NCBI GenBank assembly: GCA_963785245.1
Contig: CAWAUO010000001.1
Span: 128,549-192,548, forward strand
Origin: an uncultured Actinomycetota bacterium
Lineage (GTDB): Bacteria; Actinomycetota; Acidimicrobiia; Spongiisociales; UBA5794
Length of the DNA stretch: 64,000 nt
Direction of reading: 5' to 3'
The number at the start of each line of letters is the position of its first letter. Within the stretch, counting starts at the first letter, position 1. The position numbers were made by a program, and so were the translations under genes. This document shows, piece by piece, positions 1 to 10,070 of the stretch. Below the pieces are notes generated by a model. That model did not search any database. It saw nothing but the letters and a program-made list of their open reading frames with translations, and was not told where the DNA came from.

Positions 1-123
1 GACGCTGGTGGAGAGGGGAGGAGACGGGAGATCAGTATCAGATCGTCACCTCTGCCGGTGCGTTCCTGTGCGAGATCAGGGGCGGGAAGACATGGCTGAC
101 GGGGATCTATGACTGACCCGTGC

Positions 124-879
124 CTACGCCGCCGCGTCCCTCGTCGACTCGTAGGTCTTCGACATCAGGTCGTACATCTCGTTCGTCAGCGGTGTGATGT
201 CCCGGAACGTGAGGTCGCCGGTCTCGATCGGATCCAGGATTCTGACCGTCACGCTGCCCGGGTAGACGAACCACGATCCCGGCGGGTTGATGTCGAAGGT
301 CCCCGAGATGACCACCGGCAGCAGGTCTGCACCGTTGTCGATTGCGAGTCGTGCCGCTCCCTTGTGAAACGTTGCCATGTCGCCGGTGCGGCTGCGGGTC
401 CCCTCCGCGAACACCATCAGCGAGTACCCGCGGCGGAAGGTCTCCTTCGCAGCGTCGTTGATCGCCTGCCTCGTCGAGATCGCACCGCCGCGATCGACCT
501 TCACAATTCCGGCCGCGTCCATGCCCGGTCCCACGAGCGGAATCTTGTACAACTCCTTCTTGGCAAGGAAACGGATCGGTGTCGGGACCGCGCTGAACAG
601 CACCGGGATATCGAAGTTCGATGTGTGGTTCGAGACCACGACGTAGCGGCGGTCCGGGTCCACACGTTCGGCACCTTCGACGGTCAGAACAATCGGCGGG
701 ATCTTGAGGAAGTGCCCCGCCCAGCGCTGGATCGTACGTTCCATCTTCCGCTCAGTCTTCGCGCCATCGTCGCCGCGCCGCCCAACCCAGATCACCTGTG
801 CCGCCTGTGACAACGTATAGAAGAAGAAGATCGGGACAAGGACGAGTGTCCGGGAAGCGGCCTTCAGTGTTCGAACCAT
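124..879 (-). CDS. 1-acyl-sn-glycerol-3-phosphate acyltransferase (PlsC family)
   Basis: Acyltransferase HX4D motif 'NHTSNFD' and 'FAEGTRS' block; N-terminal TM helix. ORF extends to 936; internal Met at 879 chosen to avoid divergent overlap. Confidence 0.7.
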   Translation of the reverse strand: MVRTLKAASRTLVLVPIFFFYTLSQAAQVIWVGRRGDDGAKTERKMERTIQRWAGHFLKIPPIVLTVEGAERVDPDRRYVVVSNHTSNFDIPVLFSAVPTPIRFLAKKELYKIPLVGPGMDAAGIVKVDRGGAISTRQAINDAAKETFRRGYSLMVFAEGTRSRTGDMATFHKGAARLAIDNGADLLPVVISGTFDINPPGSWFVYPGSVTVRILDPIETGDLTFRDITPLTNEMYDLMSKTYESTRDAAA

Positions 880-916
880 GGGCCGGTAGCGTAGCGAGCC
901 CCAAGGAGCCACCACC

Positions 917-2125
917 ATGAAACAACGACGGCTCACAGGAGATCAAGTGCGGAGGATTGCGCTTGCGGCTCAGGGATTTACGACGCCCCGGCCACGCGGA
1001 CGCATCGACGTTCGCCACTTCCGGCGTGTCTTCGAGCACATCGGGGTGCTTCAGCTGGATTCGGTGAACGTCCTCGAGCGCTCTCACTACCTGCCCCTGT
1101 TCTCGCGACTGGGCGTCTACAACCGGGCGGCGCTTGACCAGTGGACGGTGAGATCGGGTGAGCTCTTCGAGTACTGGGGTCACGAAGCCTCCCTGCTACC
1201 GGTCGGTCTCCACCGGGCGTTCCGCTTCCGCATGGCCGAGATGAAGCCGTGGGGGAGTGTCCGCCGTCTGCTCGACGATCGGCCCGGGTACGTCGAGGGA
1301 GTGCTCGGCGAGGTCACCGATCGCGGCCCGCTTGCCGTCTCCGATCTCGATGATCCGGGTGAGCGGGGCGGACCGTGGTGGGGCCACGCCCCTGGCAAGC
1401 AAGCACTCGAGTGGCTCTTCGCCTCGGGCAGGATCACGGCAACTCGTACGAACACCTTCGGTCGCCGCTATGACCTTCCCGAGCGGGTCGTGCCCGCGTG
1501 GGCGCTCGACGAGGAACCACTCGACCGCGCAGCGGCCTATCGGCGATTGCTTGTCGCCGCCGCACGGCACCACGGCGTCGGGACGGCGGCCGACCTGGCC
1601 GACTACTACCGACTCCACGTTCCAACGGCCCGTGGCGTCCTCGCCGACCTCACTGCAGACAAGGCCATCGTGAAGGTGGATGTCGAAGGATGGCGCCAAC
1701 CCGCCTATCTCCACCCGGAGGCCGTACTCCCGCGCCGGATCGGAGGAACGGCACTCCTCAGTCCGTTCGACTCGTTGATCTGGAAGCGTGAACGGGTCGA
1801 ACGCATCTTTGGTTTTCGGTATCGGATCGAGATCTATGTGCCGAAGGACGATCGCCAATTCGGGTACTACGTCCTGCCGTTCCTGCTTGACGGAGAACTC
1901 GTTGCCAGAGTGGATCTCAAGGCAGACCGCAATGGCCGCCGCCTCCTGGTACAGGCAGCACATCTTGAACCGGGCAACGACAGGGATCGCGTTGCACGAG
2001 AGTTGGCAGCGGAGCTCGCTGGCATGGCGTCGTGGCTCGGCCTTGAAGAGTCCGTGGTCATGGATCGCGGAGATCTCGCGACCGCCCTCCGAACGAAGGT
2101 CGACGCCGGCACGTCCACGGGATGA
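917..2125 (+). CDS. Winged-helix DNA glycosylase-like protein (YcaQ/AlkZ, HTH_42 family)
   Basis: 402 aa; 'QLDSVNVLERSHYLPLFSRL' and overall architecture resemble the YcaQ/AlkZ interstrand-crosslink repair family; ATG at 917. Confidence 0.55.
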   Translation: MKQRRLTGDQVRRIALAAQGFTTPRPRGRIDVRHFRRVFEHIGVLQLDSVNVLERSHYLPLFSRLGVYNRAALDQWTVRSGELFEYWGHEASLLPVGLHRAFRFRMAEMKPWGSVRRLLDDRPGYVEGVLGEVTDRGPLAVSDLDDPGERGGPWWGHAPGKQALEWLFASGRITATRTNTFGRRYDLPERVVPAWALDEEPLDRAAAYRRLLVAAARHHGVGTAADLADYYRLHVPTARGVLADLTADKAIVKVDVEGWRQPAYLHPEAVLPRRIGGTALLSPFDSLIWKRERVERIFGFRYRIEIYVPKDDRQFGYYVLPFLLDGELVARVDLKADRNGRRLLVQAAHLEPGNDRDRVARELAAELAGMASWLGLEESVVMDRGDLATALRTKVDAGTSTG

Positions 2126-2371
2126 CGTTCGACCGTGGCCCGGCGTCCCTGAGCCGGGTGTGATCGAAGTGACGTGGATTTCCGGATCCTGGGTCCCCGC
2201 GAGGTGTCGGCAGGAGACGGGAAGATTGAACCCTGCGGCCGATGGCTCGGCTCGGCTATCGCCCCGCTGTTTCGTCGGCGAGGAGCACGGCGGGTACGAG
2301 GCCGGTTGCAGCTTCGGTGATGAGTGCGAGTTCCTGGAGCGGCATCTGGCCCGTGAGCACCGGGCCTGCGG

Positions 2372-2551
2372 CTACCGGGGCAACGGCTGCCGGACCGGGG
2401 CCGGGACCGGCACAACCTCGGGCGCCATGACCTCCGCCGGTGGGACCACCGCGGGCGTCGTGGCGGATGGCGAGTCGGATTGGCTGACGATGACTGCCAC
2501 AGCGGCGATGCCGACGGTGGTGATACCACCGGATCCGTGAGCAGGAGTCAT
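2372..2551 (-). CDS. Small membrane protein (59 aa; one TM helix plus Pro-rich tail)
   Basis: Internal Met of ORF 2372..2638 with GGAGG 6 nt upstream; 'ITTVGIAAVAVIV' hydrophobic helix. Confidence 0.3.
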   Translation of the reverse strand: MTPAHGSGGITTVGIAAVAVIVSQSDSPSATTPAVVPPAEVMAPEVVPVPAPVRQPLPR

Positions 2552-2654
2552 GATCTGCCTCCCTTTCCTCGTTGGCGGATGATGCCGGGAGGCAGTATCC
2601 GCGAATCGTGATGCAGCAGCGTTGCAGGACGGTTGCATCCCGCCCGCACCCGTC

Positions 2655-3851
2655 CTAGAGGTGAACGGCCACGAATTCTCCGGTCACGCCCGGGATCCGA
2701 TAGTCGGCACCTGTGCGCCAATCGATGATGACGAGTTCCCCGGATTCGGAATCCTGCATGGCGAGATGGCTACCGCCTGACACAAACCCGATCGGGTAGA
2801 CGATTGAGTCGACGCGGACCGTCCTGAGTGTGGCATCAGTCTGATCGCGGATCGTCAGCGATGTTCCGCCGGTGCTCGTATAGGTGGTCGCGGCGATCAG
2901 GCTGCCATCCGTCGAGATCTTCACTGCTGGGATCCCGGTGTTGGAACCGGGGAAAAGGTAGACCGGCTTGAAGTAGCGATTGACGACTCCGATTGTCGGG
3001 GCTACCGCGACCACGGTCGGAGCCAGGAGCGCCAATTCCTCGGCGGTGGAGACCTGGGTGGCATCGACCAACAGTGCGTCTCCGCCTGCCGCGTACGCAA
3101 CACCCCCCATCGCGCGGAGGGGCCGGCCCAGCGGGTCGAGAACGACGATCGCCGCGGGTTCGTCGACGGCAACTGCGTATCCCCAGTTACCCCACGTCAA
3201 GAGGCGCCGGCCGTCGGCAAGCGGCGTGACCAGCGTCGATTCAGTGCCCCCCAGCAGGCCCGGTCGTACGTCGACCCGGAACAGGGCGTTCGAACCCGCG
3301 CCGGTCGGTGCCGCCGTGTACGCAAGCGCCGCGGTGTCGACCGGATGAAACACCGCGGCTGATGCCATGCTCTCGATTTGGATAGCGGCGTCCCCCGGGA
3401 GCGGTCCGGCAAAGAGGGTCCAGAACGGGTCGATGAATGCGATCGTCTCGCCGTTGTTGTCGAAATATGCCGAGGCGGGTGCAGACGGCAGCCGGTAGGA
3501 CCGAGCGAATCGGTCAGATGCAAGCCACAGCACGGTGCGGGGATCGTCGGATCGTGAGAGTGCGACGAGTCGGTCGAAATCGATCGGGAGGAGGTCGGAG
3601 AGGGGCGGTGGGAGCGTGGTCGGTGTGACGGCGAGTTCCTCGCTCTCCGACGCCACGAGAGCCGGTTCCGGATCGTCAGGTGTCTGCTGGTCGCCGCCCG
3701 CACCGAACACCACGAGCACCAAGAGCAGGACAACGAATGTGGCCCCGACGGCGACGGCGAGGCCGGGCCGCTTCTGCGTCGTGCGAGTGGGCGCTCGTGC
3801 GCCATCCGGTGCCAGTGGCCGGACGCCGCCTTGCTCGTCTCTGCGTTCCAC
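2655..3851 (-). CDS. Hypothetical membrane-anchored/secreted protein
   Basis: 398 aa; N-terminal signal-anchor 'GATFVVLLLVLVVFGAG'; no recognisable catalytic motif. Confidence 0.5.
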   Translation of the reverse strand: MERRDEQGGVRPLAPDGARAPTRTTQKRPGLAVAVGATFVVLLLVLVVFGAGGDQQTPDDPEPALVASESEELAVTPTTLPPPLSDLLPIDFDRLVALSRSDDPRTVLWLASDRFARSYRLPSAPASAYFDNNGETIAFIDPFWTLFAGPLPGDAAIQIESMASAAVFHPVDTAALAYTAAPTGAGSNALFRVDVRPGLLGGTESTLVTPLADGRRLLTWGNWGYAVAVDEPAAIVVLDPLGRPLRAMGGVAYAAGGDALLVDATQVSTAEELALLAPTVVAVAPTIGVVNRYFKPVYLFPGSNTGIPAVKISTDGSLIAATTYTSTGGTSLTIRDQTDATLRTVRVDSIVYPIGFVSGGSHLAMQDSESGELVIIDWRTGADYRIPGVTGEFVAVHL

Positions 3852-3948
3852 GATGCGATGCTAGGCGAAGTGATGGTTTGCGATGGGAGGATTCTCGGAG
3901 CCGGTAGGGGCTATCGTCGGAGTCAGGCAACCGCAAGGAGCGTGTGTG

Positions 3949-4854
3949 ATGATCGACTTCCAGGACCGCGTTGCAGTGATCACCGGTGCCGGCGGAGGAC
4001 TCGGCCGTGAGTATGCGCTTCTCCTTGCTTCCCGCGGAGCGTCGGTGGTCGTCAACGACCTCGGTGGGTCGGTCCACGGCGACGGCGCGGATGCCAGCGC
4101 GGCGGATGCTGTGGTTGCCGAGATCCGAAGCATGGGGGGAACCGCAATTGCCGAACACAGTTCGGTCGCCGATCCGGAAGGGGGCGCCGCAATCATCGAG
4201 AGCGCTGTCGACACGTTCGGCCGGGTGGACGTCCTCATCTCGAATGCCGGGATTCTGAGGGATCGCACGCTGGCGAACATGGCCGTCGACGATCTCCGTT
4301 CGGTGCTCTCTGTTCACCTCGAAGGGGCGTTCTACGTTGCAATGCCGGCATTCCGGGTCATGAAGGAGCAGCAGTACGGCCGCATCGTATTTGCGTCATC
4401 GGGATCGGGATTGTTCGGCAATTTCGGGCAAACCAACTACGCCGCGGCCAAGGCAGGACTGGTCGGATTCATGAGCGCACTGAAGCTCGAAGGCGCTAAG
4501 TACAACATCCTCGTCAACGCGGTGGCGCCGATCGCTCACACGCGCATGACTGAGGAGATCCTCGGGGACCAGGCAGAGCAATTCGACGCGGCATCCGTCG
4601 CTCCCGCGGTGGCGTACCTTGCCTCGGACGCACATGAGCACACGGGCGAGGTATGGTCGGTCGGCGGCGGTTCAGTCAGTCGTGTCTTCACGGCCCTCTG
4701 CGAGGGGTATTTCAAGCACCCCGACCGCGAGGGGCCGATGACGGTCGAGGACGTGGCCGAGAACGTAGCTGACGTGCGGACCGAAGACGGCTATATCGTC
4801 CCGTTCTCGCTCCGTGATGAGTTCGCGAAGCTCGGCCCGAAGCTCTACTCATGA
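3949..4854 (+). CDS. SDR-family oxidoreductase (MFE-2-like 3-hydroxyacyl-CoA dehydrogenase type)
   Basis: 'VAVITGAGGGLGREYA' Rossmann motif, 'NAG' and 'YAAAK' catalytic motifs; AGGAG RBS before ATG at 3949. Confidence 0.8.
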   Translation: MIDFQDRVAVITGAGGGLGREYALLLASRGASVVVNDLGGSVHGDGADASAADAVVAEIRSMGGTAIAEHSSVADPEGGAAIIESAVDTFGRVDVLISNAGILRDRTLANMAVDDLRSVLSVHLEGAFYVAMPAFRVMKEQQYGRIVFASSGSGLFGNFGQTNYAAAKAGLVGFMSALKLEGAKYNILVNAVAPIAHTRMTEEILGDQAEQFDAASVAPAVAYLASDAHEHTGEVWSVGGGSVSRVFTALCEGYFKHPDREGPMTVEDVAENVADVRTEDGYIVPFSLRDEFAKLGPKLYS

Positions 4855-5408
4855 GCGACTGGCGCGGGAGCACCGCCCTCATCGTCGTCGACGTGCAAAA
4901 GGGCTTCGACGATCAGGCGTTCTGGGGCAATCGCAATAATCCCGATTGCGAAGCCAACGTTGCCCGCCTCATCACGGCTTGGCGCGACCACGACTGGCCG
5001 GTCGTGTTTGTGCGCCACGATTCGAGAACTCCGGGTTCGCCCCTCGCGGTCGGCTCGCCCGGCAATGCCTTCAAGGACGTGGTGACGGGGAGTCCTGACG
5101 TGCTGGTGAGCAAGACGGTTCACTCGGCGTTCCACGGTACGCCCGATCTTGCGGCGTGGCTCACAGAACGGGGCATCGGCGGGATCGCTGTCTGCGGCAT
5201 CCAGACCAACATGTGCTGTGAGACGACCGCTCGTGTCGGGAGCGATCTCGGGTTCGAGATGATCTTCGTGACCGATGCGACCCACACGTTCGATCTCGTT
5301 GGAGCGAACCACCAGGTGTATCGCGCCCGGGAGATAGCCCGCTATACGTCGCTGACGTTGAACGCCGACTTCGGCCGGGTCGTGACGACCGCCGAGTTGG
5401 TCAACTGA
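4851..5408 (+). CDS. Isochorismatase-family cysteine hydrolase
   Basis: 'ALIVVDVQKGF' N-terminus and a catalytic Cys in 'AVCGIQTNMCCETTARVGSDLG' (isochorismatase-family pattern); ATGA overlap with upstream SDR. Confidence 0.75.
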   Translation: MSDWRGSTALIVVDVQKGFDDQAFWGNRNNPDCEANVARLITAWRDHDWPVVFVRHDSRTPGSPLAVGSPGNAFKDVVTGSPDVLVSKTVHSAFHGTPDLAAWLTERGIGGIAVCGIQTNMCCETTARVGSDLGFEMIFVTDATHTFDLVGANHQVYRAREIARYTSLTLNADFGRVVTTAELVN

Positions 5409-6392
5409 TCAGTCCACGAACCAGCTGACCCGGTCGGTGTCGATGTCGAACCGAGCTTCTGAGCCGGGTTCACGCCGCTCGGGCGCCCAGGCAACAAGGC
5501 TGCCGCCCGCACCGAGATCGAGTTCTATCCGGTACGCTCCGCCGCGAAAGTGAGAGCCCGCCACCGGAGCCGCCGTGTGACCCCCAGGGCCGAGCATGAT
5601 CGCCTCGGGTGGGACGACACCGGTGGTCGTGTTTGCCGTCGGGCGTTCGAGTCCGAGGTCGACGAGCACCGATGCGGGAAGAAGGTTCTCGAGTCCGATG
5701 AAACGGGCCGCCCAACCGTCGGGAGGTTGGTTCCACAAGCCCTCCGGCGTGTCGTCGGCAACGATGCGGCCGTCGCGGATGATCGCGACCTCGTCGGCAA
5801 TCGTGAACGCTTCTTCTCGGTCGTGTGTGACGTACAGGACGGTGACGCCGACGGTTGAGAAGATCGAACGCATCTCGATGAGGAGATGCTCTCGCAGCGA
5901 GCGGTCCAGCGCTCCGAGCGGTTCATCGAGGAGCACCAGGGGCGGATGGGGCGCGAGCGTACGGGCGAGGGCCACGCGCTGTCGCTCACCGCCGGAGAGA
6001 TTGCCAACCCGGCGGTCCTCGTAGCCGGGCAAGCCGACGAGGTCGAGCATCTCGGTGACCTGGGTTCGGATCGCAGCGGAGTCGACGCCCTGCATCTGGA
6101 GGCCGAACGCGACGTTGCCCGCCACCGTCCGATGCGGGAACAGGGCGTAGTCCTGGAACATCAGCCCAAACCCTCGTTTGTGGGTGGGCACGTCGATCAT
6201 CGGCCGGCCATCCCACGTGATGTCTCCGGATGCGGCCGGTTCGAGCCCGGCGATGGCTCGGAGCATGGTCGACTTGCCCGACCCGGACGGACCCATCAGG
6301 ACGTGGATCGTCCGGTCCGCGACGTGGAGGCTGGCGCCGTCGACGGCGGTTGTGTCGCCGAACCGAACGGTGAGGTCAGAGACGTCCAGCAT
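5409..6392 (-). CDS. ABC transporter ATP-binding protein (ThiQ/FbpC-like, C-terminal TOBE-like extension)
   Basis: Walker A 'GPSGSGKST', signature 'LSGGERQRVALAR', Walker B 'LLLDEP'. Confidence 0.8.
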   Translation of the reverse strand: MLDVSDLTVRFGDTTAVDGASLHVADRTIHVLMGPSGSGKSTMLRAIAGLEPAASGDITWDGRPMIDVPTHKRGFGLMFQDYALFPHRTVAGNVAFGLQMQGVDSAAIRTQVTEMLDLVGLPGYEDRRVGNLSGGERQRVALARTLAPHPPLVLLDEPLGALDRSLREHLLIEMRSIFSTVGVTVLYVTHDREEAFTIADEVAIIRDGRIVADDTPEGLWNQPPDGWAARFIGLENLLPASVLVDLGLERPTANTTTGVVPPEAIMLGPGGHTAAPVAGSHFRGGAYRIELDLGAGGSLVAWAPERREPGSEARFDIDTDRVSWFVD

Positions 6393-8013
6393 CAGATCTC
6401 CGCCGATCGAGTGCCGCGAACTGCTTCGACGCCGAGAGCGGCGATTGCCACGATCGCCATGAGCACCACCGACATCGCCATCGCTTCACCGAACGTGCCG
6501 GGGCGACCGAGGAGGCGGAAGATTGCGACCGGGATGGTGGCGGTGGTCGGGCGGGCGATGAACGATGTAGCACCGAACTCACCGACGGAGATCGCGAAGG
6601 CGAACAGGGCGGCAACACCCAAGGCGCGAGCGATCAAAGGGAGATCGACTTCGCGCCATGCGCGGGCGGGCGACGCGCCGAGAACGGCAGCGGCCTCTCT
6701 CAATCGATTCTGGATCGACTCCATCACGGGGACGGTGCTGCGCACGACAAACGGAATCGCGACGAGTGCGTGGGCGACCGGGATCAGGACGACCGAAGCG
6801 CGCAGGTCGATGGGTTGGTCGAGGGCGACGAGAAACCCGAATCCGATGGTGACGGCCGATGTACCGAGGGGAAGCATCAGGGCAGTGTCGAACACACGCC
6901 CGCTGCGCCCGCGGGCGGACACGATCACGGTGGCTGCGAGGAGGCCGATCCCTGCAGCGATGAGAACGGCCGGGATCGCAAACCGCATGGTGTTGGCAAT
7001 CGCGTCGAGGGGTGTGACGAACGATGCGGATGCTCGTGGTGGGTCGAAGAGGTTCGCGTAGTTGGCCAGCCCCCAACCACGGCGGGTGCTGAGGGACCGG
7101 GCAACGAGGACGACCAGCGGTGTGACCACGATGGCAGCGAGCACGCTGAGTGTGGCGACGACCATCGTCCACTCTGCGCCGGTGCGGGGGGAGCGTGCAA
7201 TCTCGGCCGATGGCTTGAGGGAGAGTTCTGACGCCTGACGATTTCGCGCCTTGCCATAGAGAATGAGCAGCACGGTCACACCGATCAGCTGTAGCACAGC
7301 AAGCGCGGACGCCAGGTCGAGGCGCAGGAACGCAGTTGCCTGGCGCCAGATCTCGACTTCGAGGGTGGTGTGGCGCAGGTCTCCGAGAACGAGAATGACG
7401 CCGAACGACGTGAACGAGAAGAGAAATACGAGCGCCGCACTCGACAGGATCGCCGGACGGAGCACCGGGAGGGTGACCGTCCGGAACACCCGCCAGGTGC
7501 CGGCGCCGAGCGTTCGGGCCGCCTCTTCGATCCGCGGGTCGATCTGCTCCCAGAACGCCCCAACGCCGCGGATCACGATCGCCAGGTTGTAGAACACGTG
7601 GGCGATCAGGATGGCCCATATCGTCCCCCGGAGGTTGACGCCGAACGGACTCCCCGGTCCGAGGACCGCAAGGAATGCGACCCCGACGACGATGGTCGGG
7701 AGAACGAACGGGACCAGCGTGAGGGCGCGGAGGATCGATCGCCCGGGGAACCGATACCTCGCGAAGACGTATGCAACGGGCAGACCGACGGCGAGGGTGA
7801 CGACGGTCGACAGAAGGGCTTGCCACAGGGTGAACCAGGCCACACCGCGGATCGTCGAGCTGGTCAACGCTTCACTGAACGCCGAGGTTGCGAGGCCTCC
7901 GTCCGGGACCAACCCCGTGTACAAGATCGTGAGGAGCGGGTACACGAAGAAGTACCCAAGGAAGAACGCTGGGATCGCACCGATCAGGAGAAGGGAGCGC
8001 CTCGACTTCATCG
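6392..8013 (-). CDS. ABC transporter permease with duplicated TM domain (ThiP/FbpB-like)
   Basis: About 540 aa of repeated 6-TM permease domains; likely start 'MKSRRSLLLIGAIP' directly after the binding-protein stop. Confidence 0.7.
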
Positions 8014-9051
8014 AACGATCGCAGCCCATTCGGAAAGCCAACGATCCCGGTTCTCCTCGATGACCGACGGATCCATCAAGACCGGGTCGGCGGGGACGGT
8101 GGCGTACTCGATGAAAACGTCCGGCAGGATGGCTTCGCTGTTTGCCGGGAACACGAACATGTTGAGCGGGATGTCTTCCTGGAACGTGCGTGTCAGGAGG
8201 AAGTCGACCAGCTGTTGGGCGGTGGTCTCGGCGGTGGTGCCGCTGAGGATGCCGGCGTACTCGATCTGCCGGAAGCAACCGTCTTCGATCATCGTCGTCG
8301 GAGCGGCTTCGAGTTCGCCGTAGTAGACCTCCGCAACCGGCGAGGTGGCGTACGAGACGACGGCGGGACGCTCGCCCTCGCCGGATCCCCCGGAGAACTC
8401 GCCGTAGTAGGCCTGCTCCCACCCCGCGACGATCTGAACGTCATTGGCGACAAGGTCGGTCCAGTAGGCCTGCCAGGGATAGTCGCCATCCTCGCCGAAA
8501 CGGGCAATGGTGGAGAGGAGGAATGACAATCCCGGTGACGAGGTCGATGGGTCCTCAACGACGAAGACGCCGCGGTAGGCAGGGTCGGCGAAGTCGGTGA
8601 GTCGCGTCGGCGCTTCCAATCCCAACGCATCGAACCCCGCGGGGTCCAGGTTCACGCAGACGTCACCGACGTCGATGGGCGTTGCGAAGTTGCCGGCGGC
8701 GTGGAGTGTGCTGGGCACGAGATCGATGTTGGCTGCCTCGTACGCGAGGAACAACGCTTCATCCACCGCCCGGGACAAGAACGTGTTATCGATCCCGTAC
8801 AGCACATCTGCAACCGGGTTGTCCTTGGTGAGGATCGCCTGGTTCACCATCGTTCCGGCGTCCGCCGACTCGAGGACCGTGACGGCGACGCCCGTTTCGG
8901 ATGTGAACGCTTCAAGGACGCCCTCCGAGACAGCGAACGAACCATGGGTCATCAACACGATCTCGTCTGGCGCCTCTTCCGCCGAGCTGCAGGCGGCGCC
9001 GAGCACCGTCAGAACAGCGAACAGGGCCGCCAAGGCGCTTCGGTTCATCAT
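8008..9051 (-). CDS. Periplasmic substrate-binding lipoprotein (ThiB/TbpA-like thiamine-binding family)
   Basis: Signal peptide plus lipobox 'LGAACSS'; family-1 SBP fold typical of TbpA/FbpA; start 'MMNRSAL' after GAGAGGA; ATGA-coupled to upstream TPK. Confidence 0.7.
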   Translation of the reverse strand: MMNRSALAALFAVLTVLGAACSSAEEAPDEIVLMTHGSFAVSEGVLEAFTSETGVAVTVLESADAGTMVNQAILTKDNPVADVLYGIDNTFLSRAVDEALFLAYEAANIDLVPSTLHAAGNFATPIDVGDVCVNLDPAGFDALGLEAPTRLTDFADPAYRGVFVVEDPSTSSPGLSFLLSTIARFGEDGDYPWQAYWTDLVANDVQIVAGWEQAYYGEFSGGSGEGERPAVVSYATSPVAEVYYGELEAAPTTMIEDGCFRQIEYAGILSGTTAETTAQQLVDFLLTRTFQEDIPLNMFVFPANSEAILPDVFIEYATVPADPVLMDPSVIEENRDRWLSEWAAIVR

Positions 9052-9704
9052 TGGTTCCTCTCGTGAATGATCAACAGGGTTCCGTCGTCGACGGAGACCC
9101 AAGCCTCGGAGGAATCCATGACGTTGCTGATGCCCCGGGTCGTCCCGATCGGGAGCGTTTCGTTGTCGAGGCGCCACGTCAGCCCGTTCGTAGTGACGCC
9201 AACTGCATCGGACCCGTTCGGCACAAGCGACACTCGATCGCCGCTTTCGCCGCGGATCCTGGAAGCGTGACGCGGCGTGCAGACCGTGACCATGGTGTGT
9301 CCGTCGGTCCAGACGAGCTCGTCGACGAGGCGAGCCGTTGACGCGAGCAGGCCCATGGATCCGAGGAGATGGTCGAGTCGTCCTTCGTGCGAGCCGACGA
9401 CGAGGATTCTGCCGGCCCCCGCAGCGATCGCTGCGGAGAACGCGAGTTCGAGGTCGGTGTGGTCCTTGTCGGCGGGGTAGCGGTCTTCCAGGGATCCCGC
9501 ACTGACCGCGGCCGCGAGCATGCCGGGGTCGACCGAGTCCATGTCGCCAACGACGAGGTCGACCGTAAGCCCGAGCGGCGCAGCGTGATTCAGTCCACTA
9601 TCGGCGGCGATCACGTAGGCATCGTCTGGCAGGTCGAAGGTGCGGTCGGTGGCGATCGGCTCACCGCCCGAGAGGACGATCGCCTGGTTGGTGTGGCTCT
9701 CCAC
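9048..9704 (-). CDS. Thiamine pyrophosphokinase
   Basis: 'VIAADSGLN...VVGDMDSV' TPK catalytic motifs; GTG start immediately after riboswitch 3' GGAGGAAG. Confidence 0.8.
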   Translation of the reverse strand: MESHTNQAIVLSGGEPIATDRTFDLPDDAYVIAADSGLNHAAPLGLTVDLVVGDMDSVDPGMLAAAVSAGSLEDRYPADKDHTDLELAFSAAIAAGAGRILVVGSHEGRLDHLLGSMGLLASTARLVDELVWTDGHTMVTVCTPRHASRIRGESGDRVSLVPNGSDAVGVTTNGLTWRLDNETLPIGTTRGISNVMDSSEAWVSVDDGTLLIIHERNQ

Positions 9705-9705
9705 G

Positions 9706-9830
9706 TGCTTCCTCCGCTGGCATGACCCAGTTCAGGTTCCGCGGGTCGGAGGCGTTCGCAGCGATGCTGCTCCGGCCGCCCTCTCAGTTCGGCGTTCCCG
9801 AACTCCCCGGAGTGGTCGGTGTTCATGGTA
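9706..9830 (-). ncRNA. TPP (THI-box) riboswitch
   Basis: Minus-strand RNA reads 'GGGGAGUUCGGGAACGCCGAACUGAGAGGG...GGAACCUGAACUGGGUCAUGCCAGCGGAGGAAG', matching the conserved CUGAGA and ACCUGA...AUGCCAGCG.AGGGAAG cores; SD-like GGAGG embedded at the 3' end. Confidence 0.8.
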
Positions 9831-9861
9831 GCCCTGGCGCTCGTGCTGCGGTTCAGAAGAA

Positions 9862-9905
9862 AGGTTGACAAGGTGACATCACTGTGACATCATAACAATG
9901 TCATG
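9862..9905. promoter_or_regulatory. AT-rich divergent promoter island with TGACA repeats
   Basis: 'gTTGACAaggTGACATcactgTGACATcataacaATGTCAtg': TTGACA -35-like hexamer, two direct TGACAT copies and one inverted copy; strongly AT-rich for this genome. Confidence 0.35.
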
Positions 9906-10070
9906 CAGGTTGCATGGAGACAACGAAAGGAACGCCATGTTGTGGTACAACAGCCCTGAAGCCGTGAGGGCCATCGCCGATGCGTCCTACGGTTGGGACG
10001 ATGACCATCGTCGCCGGTCGATGCTTCGACTCATCGGTCGCACCGACGACAACCGAACGAGGAGGTAGCC

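Noticed and set aside
6579-7826. 415-aa minus-strand ORF rich in Arg/Pro/Ser
   Set aside because: Antisense to the well-supported ABC permease; typical high-GC shadow ORF with low-complexity composition.
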